This document shows, piece by piece, positions 20,325 through 30,197 of a DNA stretch of 64,000 bases; within the stretch, counting starts at the first letter, position 1; each line of letters begins with the position of its first letter. Below the pieces are notes generated by a model. That model was not told the DNA's origin, did not search any database, and worked only from the letters and a program-made list of their open reading frames with translations. Origin of the DNA: Escherichia phage phi92; sequence record NC_023693.1; one strand, 5' to 3'. The position numbers and the translations under genes are program-made.

Positions 20325-20954
20325 ATGGCAGTGAGTGTTGACCATGTGACAACGTGGGATAGTATCAATGAAGATGTTAAAGACCTACTGATTGAAGATT
20401 TTAAATCTTCTCCGAACATTGTCAAACTACTCTATATCATTTCTAGCGAAAAACAAAAGATAGATCAGGCAATGATCTATCTTGCCAAACACCGCTTAAT
20501 CTCTACTGCAACTGGTAAGTATTTAGATCTTATTGGTGAAGAGATGGGGATGGAAAGAAATGGTGCTACAGATGAAGAGTATCGTACAATATTAAAAATC
20601 AGGGCTTATCGTGTTGCGTCTTCTGGTACGCGAGATGATATCATTGATATGTTCGCTCGTTTTACAGGAACAGAAAAAGAAACGATCAATACATACGTTG
20701 GATTAAATAAAACATTCGACGTATTCTTTTATAATTTGTGTCTACAATCCGATCAGGCAGTAGCACAGTTACTTAACGTTTTCCCGATCCTAAGTAGTTA
20801 TCGCTTAGGTGCGAAAGCGGGTGCAGCCTTTGGTTTCACTTCCTATTATGCCACAACTCCACCTCATGGTATAGGTGGTTTAGGTTCTCTTTACACAGAG
20901 GCTGAAGGAGATGATACAGGGCGAATGACTATGCTGATAGCTCAAATAGAATAA
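20325..20954 (+). CDS. baseplate wedge protein (gpI-like, by position)
   Basis: 209 aa ORF immediately after the J-like gene. Confidence 0.4.
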   Translation: MAVSVDHVTTWDSINEDVKDLLIEDFKSSPNIVKLLYIISSEKQKIDQAMIYLAKHRLISTATGKYLDLIGEEMGMERNGATDEEYRTILKIRAYRVASSGTRDDIIDMFARFTGTEKETINTYVGLNKTFDVFFYNLCLQSDQAVAQLLNVFPILSSYRLGAKAGAAFGFTSYYATTPPHGIGGLGSLYTEAEGDDTGRMTMLIAQIE

Positions 20955-20967
20955 GGAGTTACTCTTA

Positions 20968-21948
20968 ATGGCAAAGCCACAATACTACCCTGACTGGGCG
21001 ACACAAACAGTAACCCTCCCAGGAACGGGAAACACAAACAAGATTAGACCAAAAGAAACCATCCGTAATGTTGGTATGGACTTTGGTCAGATTATGACTT
21101 GTGAAGAAATGAACTGGATCTTAAACAATATTGGGTCTTGGATTCGCTATATGCAAGATGAATTCTTCCCAACATTGCCTACTACATATCTTCCTATAGT
21201 CGGTACTAAAATTACAATGGCAGGTGATGCTACAGGTGAAGTTACATGGAATGGTAATGCTGCTGTAACATTATCTATTCAAGTAGTAGATAACAGCCAT
21301 AATCACTTATCAGCTAACATTACAGACGCAACATCAAACCAAGTTGTAGGGAATGTCCTTGTTAAGCGTGATAATGGTGGTGCTATCTATGCAGGTGATA
21401 TTTACACTTGTGGTACAGGTGCTACAGATCCTGCAACATTATTCTTTAGAAACTACAACGGACAAACAGTAGGTAATATGTCCTCTGAACCAGGTGCAGG
21501 TGGTCAACTCTATATTTATAGAATAAACCCATCAACTGGAGGAACATCTTGTGCAGTCCGTTTATATGATGCAGGTTATGTTTTAATAGACAATCCTCGT
21601 TCTAATTCTGGTCAAGATACTGGTAATGGTAATGCTCTTGTAAGATTAGATTATCTTAACTCAAGACTAAACTCATTGCAAAGTACACTGCAAAATAATA
21701 TTAACAACGTTAATAGCAACTTGCAAGGCCAAATTAATAACATTAACAATAGAGTTTCTTCTGTTGTGTCTTCTATCCGTCTAGGTACACGTATTAAAGC
21801 TGGTGTGTCTGAGTCTCGTTTCTATGCTGGTCACGTGATCACAGGTTGGGGTTTTGGTGACAAGAAAGAACTTCGTGGTGCTTGGTATTGGTCTGCTCCG
21901 CTACAATATTACATTAATGGTAGGTGGATAACAGTAACCAACGTTTAG
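20968..21948 (+). CDS. tail fibre protein
   Basis: 326 aa with an Asn/Gln-rich coiled-coil heptad segment (NSRLNSLQSTLQNNINNVNSNLQGQINNINNR) and a beta-rich C-terminus. Confidence 0.5.
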   Translation: MAKPQYYPDWATQTVTLPGTGNTNKIRPKETIRNVGMDFGQIMTCEEMNWILNNIGSWIRYMQDEFFPTLPTTYLPIVGTKITMAGDATGEVTWNGNAAVTLSIQVVDNSHNHLSANITDATSNQVVGNVLVKRDNGGAIYAGDIYTCGTGATDPATLFFRNYNGQTVGNMSSEPGAGGQLYIYRINPSTGGTSCAVRLYDAGYVLIDNPRSNSGQDTGNGNALVRLDYLNSRLNSLQSTLQNNINNVNSNLQGQINNINNRVSSVVSSIRLGTRIKAGVSESRFYAGHVITGWGFGDKKELRGAWYWSAPLQYYINGRWITVTNV

Positions 21949-21960
21949 TAAGGAGAACAC

Positions 21961-22512
21961 ATGAAAAAAGATGTTATTTACACTGGCTTTGAACTATATC
22001 AACCAGAATTGACAGAAGAAAATGTCATCTATCTTTCAATAGGTGCTGGTTTTCTTAAAGATAAAGATGGTAATGATTGGTACGAAATTCAGAAATATTT
22101 ATCCAAAAATTACCCTGATGCCTATTTCTTAACTCTAGATCACAACAATGTAGTTGTTGCAGCTACGAAAGATGTTTCTACATATTTTCCCGCTGGTCTT
22201 ACTGTTCTTGTAACATACAATGTTCCAGATAAAATAGAAGAAGAAAGCAACCTAGGGTCGTGGAGATATGACAATGGTAAGTTTATTTCTCATAATGGGT
22301 TTGCAATAGAAGATGCCAACCTTAAGATGGAAAAAGAATTAACTTGGGCCACAAATCAAATATCTGCAATTCAAGATTTAGAGGAATTACAAGGTTTATC
22401 TGAAGAACAAAAAGATTGGTTAGGAAAAGTTAAACTATATCGTGCAACACTGATTCAAATTAACGTTGAAGATGCACCTAATATAACTTGGCCTACAAGA
22501 CCTAAGAAATAG
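21961..22512 (+). CDS. putative tail fibre assembly/chaperone protein
   Basis: 183 aa ORF directly after a fibre gene; size and position only. Confidence 0.3.
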   Translation: MKKDVIYTGFELYQPELTEENVIYLSIGAGFLKDKDGNDWYEIQKYLSKNYPDAYFLTLDHNNVVVAATKDVSTYFPAGLTVLVTYNVPDKIEEESNLGSWRYDNGKFISHNGFAIEDANLKMEKELTWATNQISAIQDLEELQGLSEEQKDWLGKVKLYRATLIQINVEDAPNITWPTRPKK

Positions 22513-22521
22513 GGGTAATGT

Positions 22522-22863
22522 ATGGAGCTAACAGAAGTATGGGATATCGCTAAAGAGGCGATTATCCCTCTTATTGGTGTAATCTGGGTGGTCTTCAAAC
22601 AGAAGATAGATGATATAGCAAGTGATTTGGATAAAATGGAAGACAAATACCGCGAACTAGAAAAGAAGTTGGTGTTTGTTGAATCCACTTATGCTACCAA
22701 AGCAGAACTTGCTCAAATGCTTAACCAGATCAACTCTACATTAATGGCAAATAATACTGCCTTAGAACAGAAGATTGAAAAAATAATGGATTTAAAAAAT
22801 GCTCCTGTTCAATTAATGCTAGAGGAGATTACGAAGCGCACACAAAGTAAGGACAAAAATTAA
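22522..22863 (+). CDS. small protein with N-terminal TM helix and coiled coil
   Basis: 113 aa; AIIPLIGVIWVVF hydrophobic segment followed by a coiled-coil region. Confidence 0.35.
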   Translation: MELTEVWDIAKEAIIPLIGVIWVVFKQKIDDIASDLDKMEDKYRELEKKLVFVESTYATKAELAQMLNQINSTLMANNTALEQKIEKIMDLKNAPVQLMLEEITKRTQSKDKN

Positions 22864-25277
22864 TGGCGAATTTTCCAACATATCCTGCTACGACACTAGA
22901 ACAAGGTGTTGATCTGGTTATATTCTCGTCTAACCAGATGCATGATGTTATTAATGGGGATGCTACAGCAACTGTAGAAACCGAAACAGGTTTAATACCT
23001 ACACTGCGTAAAGCACTTGTTGATAACTTCTTCTTTAAGAGTCCTGTTGCTTGGTCAGCAGGATCAACTGAAACTGTATTTAACCAGTTACGTTATTTTG
23101 AAAACGGTATCTTGAGTGGGTACTATTATGCCCCATCTGCCACTACTGCGAACCCTGTACCTATGCAGGGCACACCTGTAGGGGACAGTAACTGGACTCT
23201 GTACGCTCTTAAAACTGAACAGTTAGCTTCAGATGTGTATCCTTGGTATTTTAAAGGTGCTACAGGATATGAAACAGAAATCAGTCCTCCTTATATCTTT
23301 GATAATGCTATTGTCACCATTAACGGTGTAATTCAGATTCAAGGTGAAGCATTTACTATCAAAGATAGTAAAATTATTCTGGCAGAACCATTAGGTTTAG
23401 ATCCGTCTACTGGTCTACCTAACAAATTGTTTGCTTTTATTGGTAAAACAACAGCCTCTACTTCTTACGTAGAGAAAAACCTTTTGTCATCTACCACTGG
23501 TGCAGCAATGGTTGGTCTTCCATCTGGAGGCAACCTGTTACAAGCTCAATACTTTGTAACGCCTGAGCAGTTTGGTGCAATTGGTGATGGAGTTACCGAT
23601 GATACTCAAGCAATTTTAAAAACTATTACTTTCGCTAACACGAATAACATTCAAGTACGTGCAGATAAGAATTATAGATTCACAAGCTCAATTGCTATGT
23701 CTGGTGTTCGTTGGTATGGTGGTACATTCACTGGTAACGGTGGAACAATGATTTCTACTGTGTCCTGTTGGATGGAAAACGTTCGCTTTGAAAAATGTTA
23801 TGTTAAGATGTTAGGTGGTGATTGCCGATTCTATCGTAATATCTTCTCCAACGCAACATCTACAGCAGCATTCTTAATGCAAGCAATGACAAGTGAAGGT
23901 ACGTTGGACTTCAGTTACAACGAAATGTATGGTTGTAAATATGCGATCCTGCAACAAGGTACTGGAGAAGTAATGACCTATGGGCGTTACTCTAACAACT
24001 ATATTCACGATATCAAAGGTGATGCTATTGAACTTAACGTAGTTCAAAAACACTACACTGAAGGTTTGATTATCGAGAATAACCACATTGCTAACGTAGA
24101 TGCTTCTGGACAAGGTGCAAACTGGGGTATTGGTATTGGTGTAGCAGGTAGTGGCCCATATGGTGTTGATGTTCCTGATTCACAATATGTACGTAACTTC
24201 AGTATCGTTGGGAATAGGGTTTACAATTGCCGTCAATGTCTACACGTTGAAATGGGTAAAAACTTCACGATACGTGATAATGAAGTTTATCCTAACACAG
24301 CAGTTTCAACAGGTACAGGTTTAACTACTTGTGGTGTTGCATTATACGGATGCCAAGATTTTGAAGTTGATGGTTTAACTGGTTATCTGCTTAATGATCC
24401 ATCTGTTTCAACACGCATGGTCTTTATTGACTGGGGTGTTAACAATGGTAGATATGCGGGGCCACCAATTAACTTTACAATTAAGAATTTGGATATTCCA
24501 GAATCTTCAATTGAGATTGCAACATCTGGATCAGATGCCTGGGAAAACTCTACAATTGTTAGTAATATCAATTGTAATGTTTTTAAATGGCGTGGGCTAC
24601 CATCTAGCTCTACCTTTAATAATATTCGTTGCCGTAGTATTGACTTTATTGGTCAACACGGAAGCGGAGAAGGAAGTGGTGGCGGTTTCTATACTCGCAG
24701 CCAATTCACGTATATGAAGTGGGTAGGATGTACAGCACTTAGCGGAGATGAAACAACAGTTTCTTTTGCTAAAATCTACACTGATCGTTGCGATCAGGTT
24801 GGAAATAACTTTGGTGTTCCAACTGCTGTTGATGGTACAGGTCATCGTGGGCCAGTTTTAACTACTATTTCTGAACAATATTTTACAGCTTATGATGAAT
24901 TCCCAGGTGGGCGTGAATTCCCTACTGGAACAGTTATTCATTGTGCAAGCGGTAAAAAACATGTTGTTACAGTAGGTGGTGCTTTCTTTAGTGACAACGA
25001 GAAAATAAAAGCAACTGTTACAGGTCAAACCTATCTACAGTCTAATGCTTTAAACTGGGCTAGTAATGGCTACGCTAAAGCAGCAGGTACTAAGATTGTT
25101 ATTCCAGGTGCAGGTGCAAATGGCGGCGATCTTGTGACAACTATAGCACGTGCTACATACGTGACAAATAGTTTGTACACAATAGATATTGCAGATCCAA
25201 TTGTAACACCTACAGCAGAGAATACACAAATTAAAGCTCTGAATCCTGTTACTTTTGTTACTGTCAATAATGCTTAA
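22863..25277 (+). CDS. tailspike protein with right-handed beta-helix (pectate lyase-like), putative polysaccharide depolymerase
   Basis: FGAIGDGVTDDTQAILKTI motif typical of Pectate_lyase_3-type tailspikes; 804 aa; Asn/Gly-rich beta-strand repeats. Confidence 0.55.
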   Translation: MANFPTYPATTLEQGVDLVIFSSNQMHDVINGDATATVETETGLIPTLRKALVDNFFFKSPVAWSAGSTETVFNQLRYFENGILSGYYYAPSATTANPVPMQGTPVGDSNWTLYALKTEQLASDVYPWYFKGATGYETEISPPYIFDNAIVTINGVIQIQGEAFTIKDSKIILAEPLGLDPSTGLPNKLFAFIGKTTASTSYVEKNLLSSTTGAAMVGLPSGGNLLQAQYFVTPEQFGAIGDGVTDDTQAILKTITFANTNNIQVRADKNYRFTSSIAMSGVRWYGGTFTGNGGTMISTVSCWMENVRFEKCYVKMLGGDCRFYRNIFSNATSTAAFLMQAMTSEGTLDFSYNEMYGCKYAILQQGTGEVMTYGRYSNNYIHDIKGDAIELNVVQKHYTEGLIIENNHIANVDASGQGANWGIGIGVAGSGPYGVDVPDSQYVRNFSIVGNRVYNCRQCLHVEMGKNFTIRDNEVYPNTAVSTGTGLTTCGVALYGCQDFEVDGLTGYLLNDPSVSTRMVFIDWGVNNGRYAGPPINFTIKNLDIPESSIEIATSGSDAWENSTIVSNINCNVFKWRGLPSSSTFNNIRCRSIDFIGQHGSGEGSGGGFYTRSQFTYMKWVGCTALSGDETTVSFAKIYTDRCDQVGNNFGVPTAVDGTGHRGPVLTTISEQYFTAYDEFPGGREFPTGTVIHCASGKKHVVTVGGAFFSDNEKIKATVTGQTYLQSNALNWASNGYAKAAGTKIVIPGAGANGGDLVTTIARATYVTNSLYTIDIADPIVTPTAENTQIKALNPVTFVTVNNA

Positions 25278-25281
25278 TTAA

Positions 25282-25304
25282 AAAGGGGCGAAAGCCCCTT
25301 TATA
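25282..25304 (+). terminator. intrinsic terminator
   Basis: AAAGGGGC-gaaa-GCCCCTTT followed by AT-rich sequence. Confidence 0.6.
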
Positions 25305-25318
25305 AAAGGAGTAGTAAA

Positions 25319-27280
25319 GTGATTTTAACACGTCCAAATAGTGCCATTGCAGACATGGTAGAGTCTCGCTATAGAAAGCGTAGAAGTTTTGCAAGTGGTT
25401 TTACCTTAAGAGATGCTCGTGAAGCATTGCTCTTTGAAACTGACGGTAACTACTATCAGTGGAAAGGTTCTCTACCTAAAGTTGTACCTGCTAACTCTAC
25501 TCCTACATCTACTGGAGGGATTTCAGATACAGCTTGGAAAAATGTGGGTAATGCAGATGACATTGCTCAAATAGAATCAGAATTAGATGCTATTGAAGCT
25601 GAAATTGAAGATCTTAGAGAATCCATCCCAGAAGCTGGTAAATCAGCTTACCAAATTGCCGTAGACAATGGTTTCCAAGGTACTGAGACACAGTGGTTGG
25701 CTTCTTTAAAAGGTGATCCAGGTGCTCCATTAAAGCTACTAGGGACGCTATCTAATACCAACCAATTACCTACAACTGGAAACAATGCAGGGGATGCATG
25801 GATTGTAGGCGAGAATATGTATGCTTGGGATGGTACTGCTTGGAGAAAAGTAAACTCACAGGGGCCAGAAGGTAAATCTGCTTATGAAGTATGGCTTGCA
25901 GCAGGAAACGAAGGTACAGAACTAGATTATCTTGCCGCAATTAAAGGTGATAAAGGGGAGCCTGGCCCAGAGGGGCCACAAGGTGTGCCAGGTAATAATG
26001 CTAATGGTTTTGATTACCAAGGCGCAGCTAATTCCGTTTCAGATCTTCCTTCTGCATCTCCTGGAAACACATCTCAAGCATGGAGTATTGGTACATATCT
26101 ATACGTGTCAAACGGTGTAGAATGGATCAATATGGGCGCTATAGTGGGGCCAAAAGGAGATAAAGGCGACAAAGGAGATAAGGGTAACACTGGTGATTCA
26201 GCTTATCAAGTCTGGTTAAATGCTGGTAACGTTGGTACTATTGACGAATATATTGCCTCTCTGAAAGGAGAAAAAGGTGATAAGGGAGACAAGGGTGATC
26301 AAGGTGCACAGGGTATACAAGGCTTGACGGGGCCAACTGGTGCAGGGTTGACCATTATTGACATTCTGACTAGCACTTCTGAACTACCACAAACTGGAGA
26401 AGATGGTGATGGTTATCTGATCAATAATGAACTTTGGGTCTGGTTGCAAGGAGCCACAGAGTGGACAAATGTTGGTCGTTTAGCTGGTACTCCAATCACT
26501 GCAAAAGGATACGTTGCGTCTGCAAGTGCACTTCCTCCTACAGCCAATTACGGTGATGCTTATCTGACGGAAGATACAGGTCATCTTTACATTTACACCT
26601 ATGATGAACAAACTCAAACTGCTGAATATGTAGATATGGGTAGTTTGAAAGGTGATAAGGGTGAAAAAGGTGACGCTGGTACTAACGGTACAGACGGTGC
26701 AACTTGGATTGTTAAAACAACAGATCCAATCTCTAGTGATGGTAAACAAGGTGATTATGCCTTTAATATCTCCACTGGCGAGGTGTTCTTAAAAACATCT
26801 GCAACTATCTGGACTTCTCAAGGTACACTACCTAGTATCACAGATGCACCTAGTGATGGTAAGACTTATGCTCGTAAAGATGGAGCATGGGAAGAACTCA
26901 CTAATTCTGTAGATGGTCAAGATATAGTTCCAACAAAAGTAACAACTAATTTTATAGAGGTTACAGCATATACTAACAATTCTGTTACAGGGGACTGGAC
27001 ACCTCCAGGAACACATAACATGAATGTGTTGAATCTTACTGGTAACTCTACTATAAAAGCATGGCCTGGTGTCGAAGATAGCACAAAACCTAAACCATTC
27101 TCTGCAATAGTTTATCTTATCCAAGATGCCACTGGAGGTCGTACTGTTACTTTAGATCCATCTTACAAAGTAATTGGTTCCAGTGATATTAATACAGATC
27201 CTAACGGAGTAACAATACTACAACTAACATATTGTGGTGTTGGCGATTACGTGGATGCTATTGTTGCTAAACGCACATAA
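25319..27280 (+). CDS. tail fibre protein with collagen-like Gly-X-Y repeats
   Basis: GTG start with RBS; Gly-X-Y runs GPKGDKGDKGDKGNTGD, GEKGDKGDKGDQGAQGIQGLTGPTGAG, GEPGPEGPQGVPG and KGDKGEKGDAGTNGTDG. Confidence 0.6.
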   Translation: MILTRPNSAIADMVESRYRKRRSFASGFTLRDAREALLFETDGNYYQWKGSLPKVVPANSTPTSTGGISDTAWKNVGNADDIAQIESELDAIEAEIEDLRESIPEAGKSAYQIAVDNGFQGTETQWLASLKGDPGAPLKLLGTLSNTNQLPTTGNNAGDAWIVGENMYAWDGTAWRKVNSQGPEGKSAYEVWLAAGNEGTELDYLAAIKGDKGEPGPEGPQGVPGNNANGFDYQGAANSVSDLPSASPGNTSQAWSIGTYLYVSNGVEWINMGAIVGPKGDKGDKGDKGNTGDSAYQVWLNAGNVGTIDEYIASLKGEKGDKGDKGDQGAQGIQGLTGPTGAGLTIIDILTSTSELPQTGEDGDGYLINNELWVWLQGATEWTNVGRLAGTPITAKGYVASASALPPTANYGDAYLTEDTGHLYIYTYDEQTQTAEYVDMGSLKGDKGEKGDAGTNGTDGATWIVKTTDPISSDGKQGDYAFNISTGEVFLKTSATIWTSQGTLPSITDAPSDGKTYARKDGAWEELTNSVDGQDIVPTKVTTNFIEVTAYTNNSVTGDWTPPGTHNMNVLNLTGNSTIKAWPGVEDSTKPKPFSAIVYLIQDATGGRTVTLDPSYKVIGSSDINTDPNGVTILQLTYCGVGDYVDAIVAKRT

Positions 27281-27283
27281 TCA

Positions 27284-27308
27284 AAGCCCCTTCGGGGGCT
27301 TATTATTT
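27284..27308 (+). terminator. intrinsic terminator
   Basis: AAGCCCC-ttcg-GGGGCTT followed by ATTATTT. Confidence 0.6.
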
Positions 27309-27319
27309 AAGGAGATTAA

Positions 27320-27928
27320 ATGTATCCTATTCCTTTATTTATGTCAACAACATCAGCTTCAGTAGTAACAGCTACATCTATAACTACTTCCTCTATTGGT
27401 ATTGCAATAGTTGGTGGTAAAAAACAACTGACATACACAGTTACACCGGAAGATGGTGCATTATTTGATATAGCTTTTTCATCTTCAGATAATACCAAAA
27501 TGGTTATAGATAATAGTGGTATGATGGAGTTTGTTGCCGAAGGTGGTTTTGATGCAATAATGACAGCTAAAAATAATTTAGGTGCTGTCTTAACTGATCA
27601 ATCTGGTGGCTATGCTTCAGAATTAAGTGTGTACACTGAAAGTCTATCGGCTATGGATGTAGGCACTACTCAACAGTTGGTTGCTACAATCAGTCCAGAA
27701 GGTGCTAAAGACCTTCCAGATATGGTAATTACATACACCACAACAGATCCAGAAGTAGCTACTGTAAGCCCTACAGGGTTAATAACTGCTCTTAAAGATG
27801 GCGGTTGCCGTATAGGTTGTACTGCAACGTATCAAGGAACAGTTGTGGCCTCTGATAGGTCTTATTTAGGTGTTAATGCTATTCCTGTTATTTCTAATGT
27901 AACAGCCGTATCTTTAATAACTCAATAG
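27320..27928 (+). CDS. bacterial Ig-like (Big_2-type) domain protein
   Basis: Pattern GTTQQLVATISPEGA...VATVSPTGLITALKDGGCRIGCTATYQG resembles Big_2 domains; 202 aa. Confidence 0.45.
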   Translation: MYPIPLFMSTTSASVVTATSITTSSIGIAIVGGKKQLTYTVTPEDGALFDIAFSSSDNTKMVIDNSGMMEFVAEGGFDAIMTAKNNLGAVLTDQSGGYASELSVYTESLSAMDVGTTQQLVATISPEGAKDLPDMVITYTTTDPEVATVSPTGLITALKDGGCRIGCTATYQGTVVASDRSYLGVNAIPVISNVTAVSLITQ

Positions 27929-28094
27929 CTACAGATGATTCGTTCATTAAAGAAGTTATTGTCTTTGCTGGACAAGATAACGTAAATGCACACTTTACAG
28001 AACTATCTGGTGCAAATAAAGCAGCAATGAGTAGCACAACAGCCCGTAATGCATATGCTACGCAACGTGGTTTAGCAAATGCTGAAGTTCTTCC

Positions 28095-28982
28095 GTGTTA
28101 AATACAGCTTCTGGATCATCAGCAGCAGATAAATATGCTGACGATAAAGCTGGAACAGGTACACCAGATAACTACTGGTATGATCTGGATAACACAGCAG
28201 ATGGGCCATGCTTAACTAACTTTATCACTAAAGTCACACCTTATGCAAGTAAGGTTAAAGCAATTATTTGGGGACAAGGTGAAAATGATGCTGTATCAGC
28301 ATCTTCGACTGTTGCAGGTAGGTACAGTAACACTACACGTTACCATGATGCTACGATAGCTATCTTTGATAAGATGCGTACAATAGTTCCTGCTTCTCAA
28401 GCAAAAATTGTTTGGCAGATCCTAGGACGTTCTTATTTATATGGTGTAGAAGTTAATGGTGTGGATTGGCAGAAGTACAGAAATGTACAAAGAACCATCT
28501 CTACAGCACGTGATGATGTTATCATTGGTTCTTGGGTAGATGGTGCTGAACGTTACAGTGGTTATGTTTATGAAGAAGGTATTGATGGTCGTATCCATTA
28601 TATTTCTTCTGTATACCAAACAGCAGCTACAAAACTTGCTAAATCAGCAGCAGACGGTACAGATTTAACATCAACGTCACCTGTTTGGGTTGATATGTCT
28701 GTTCCAACAGGAGGAGCCGCTGTAAGACAAGCTAACCAAGATGTAATTATCTCTTGGGAACCAGCAGGATATACTAAACATTACTTCCGAAATGTAAACG
28801 TCCTCACAGCAGCAATTCTTACAGAACAAACCCTGGATACTAACACTTACACATTTACTTATGCAGATCAGGTTGAACAATATGGATTTGCAGCAGGTAC
28901 AACAGTGTTTGATGTTGCACACTATGATGCTGATAATGACGTGTTATCACCTCTTGTCAGATTTACAGTCAATGTTACATAA
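28095..28982 (+). CDS. hypothetical protein, possible SGNH-like carbohydrate esterase
   Basis: GTG start; motifs WGQGENDA (GxND-like) and DVAHYD (DxxH-like); an upstream open frame in another reading frame contains VIVFAGQDN. Confidence 0.3.
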   Translation: MLNTASGSSAADKYADDKAGTGTPDNYWYDLDNTADGPCLTNFITKVTPYASKVKAIIWGQGENDAVSASSTVAGRYSNTTRYHDATIAIFDKMRTIVPASQAKIVWQILGRSYLYGVEVNGVDWQKYRNVQRTISTARDDVIIGSWVDGAERYSGYVYEEGIDGRIHYISSVYQTAATKLAKSAADGTDLTSTSPVWVDMSVPTGGAAVRQANQDVIISWEPAGYTKHYFRNVNVLTAAILTEQTLDTNTYTFTYADQVEQYGFAAGTTVFDVAHYDADNDVLSPLVRFTVNVT

Positions 28983-28986
28983 ACAA

Positions 28987-29015
28987 AAAGGAGCCATTAG
29001 GCTCCTTTTCTTTTA
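28987..29015. terminator. bidirectional terminator between the convergent modules
   Basis: AAAGGAGCC-atta-GGCTCCTTT flanked by T-runs on both strands; lies between the + strand stop at 28982 and the - strand stop at 29018. Confidence 0.6.
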
Positions 29016-29017
29016 TC

Positions 29018-29449
29018 TTAATCAGTGAAAATTACGCTTACATCTTCTTTAGAGAAGAGTTTATGATCTTCACCTTTTGTCTCAAGAGTTTCATACAGAT
29101 TAAGAAGTTCTGAAACGTCTTTCTCTACCAGTTTCTTCAATGTTGCAATTTTCTGTTTGCGACTCTTAATACGTTCAGCTACAACCTTACGCTGGTATCC
29201 GGCAGTACGATAACCTGAGAAAGTTACACCAGTGAGACTTGCAGTTACAGGATCGTAGTGACGTTCAATCTGAAATTTATTAAAAGGTACAGCGTCATCA
29301 CGAATAATCTTACCGCCATTACTTACTTGACGAAGACCAGTAACTTGCTCCAGTCGTGCCATAGAAATCTTTGGAGACAGACCAGAGTCTAGGTTCATAC
29401 CATTGTTAATCAGTGCTTTCAGGGTGATTTTGCTGTTCAGTGTACTCAT
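29018..29449 (-). CDS. hypothetical protein
   Basis: 143 aa ORF overlapping the 3' end of the methyltransferase gene by 44 nt. Confidence 0.4.
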   Translation of the reverse strand: MSTLNSKITLKALINNGMNLDSGLSPKISMARLEQVTGLRQVSNGGKIIRDDAVPFNKFQIERHYDPVTASLTGVTFSGYRTAGYQRKVVAERIKSRKQKIATLKKLVEKDVSELLNLYETLETKGEDHKLFSKEDVSVIFTD

Positions 29450-30137
29450 TTAGTCGTTCCTCCGCTTGCTTAAAAATATTTACATCGGCTTCACAGCCAA
29501 AGTATTCTCTACCTGTTAAAAGTGCCGCAACTTGTGTTGTTGCACTTCCAGAGAAGAAGTCTAAGACTACATCTCCTTCGTTGGTGTGTATATTAATAAG
29601 GTCACAAAACAAAGTCAAGTGTTTTTGTGTTGGATGAAAACGATCTGCTCCTTGATAGATAGGATACTCAAACACACCCTTATGGTAGGAAGCATTGAAG
29701 GTTGGCTTCGAACCTTTAACACAAACAATAGCCATCTCTTTAGCGTTACTAAGATAGTTAACACCACTGTTGATGGGTACAGGGTTTGTTTTAATCCATT
29801 CAATAGTACGGAACATACGAAAACCAAGCGGTTCAAGGATTTCACGTAGCTCCTGGATCTTCCAGATATCATACCAAACTATGCAAGTACCACCTTTTCT
29901 AAGCACCCTGTAGGCTTCTTTGAATACTTCTTTAAAGTAAGGAATATCTACAACATCCCAATCACCAAAGTTGTAAGATACACGGAATCTATCCGTATCT
30001 TTTCCAGTCGGCTCTCCAGATTGAAAATTTGTGTCACGAGAAATAGCATATGGTGGGTCAGTAAGAATCAAATCTACACTATTGCTTTCGAGGGTTTGCA
30101 GGTAGTTTAATGCGGTGTTGTTTACAAATTCGCTCAT
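29406..30137 (-). CDS. DNA methyltransferase, beta-class (N6-adenine or N4-cytosine)
   Basis: DPPY catalytic motif (LILTDPPYA) lies N-terminal to the AdoMet-binding motif FFSGSATT; RBS GAAGGAG. Confidence 0.7.
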   Translation of the reverse strand: MSEFVNNTALNYLQTLESNSVDLILTDPPYAISRDTNFQSGEPTGKDTDRFRVSYNFGDWDVVDIPYFKEVFKEAYRVLRKGGTCIVWYDIWKIQELREILEPLGFRMFRTIEWIKTNPVPINSGVNYLSNAKEMAIVCVKGSKPTFNASYHKGVFEYPIYQGADRFHPTQKHLTLFCDLINIHTNEGDVVLDFFSGSATTQVAALLTGREYFGCEADVNIFKQAEERLNEYTEQQNHPESTD

Positions 30138-30149
30138 TATATCTCCTTC

Positions 30150-30176
30150 AAAGAAAAGGAGCCGTTAGGCTCCTTA
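30150..30176 (-). terminator. intrinsic terminator downstream of ssb
   Basis: On the - strand, AAGGAGCC-taac-GGCTCCTT followed by TTCTTT. Confidence 0.5.
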
Positions 30177-30197
30177 TATTCACACAATACTTAACTA

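Noticed and set aside
27995-28030. Possible promoter (TTTACA ... TAAAGC) upstream of the 28095 ORF
   Set aside because: The -10 element is poor (TAAAGC) and the region may be coding in another frame; not reported as a feature.
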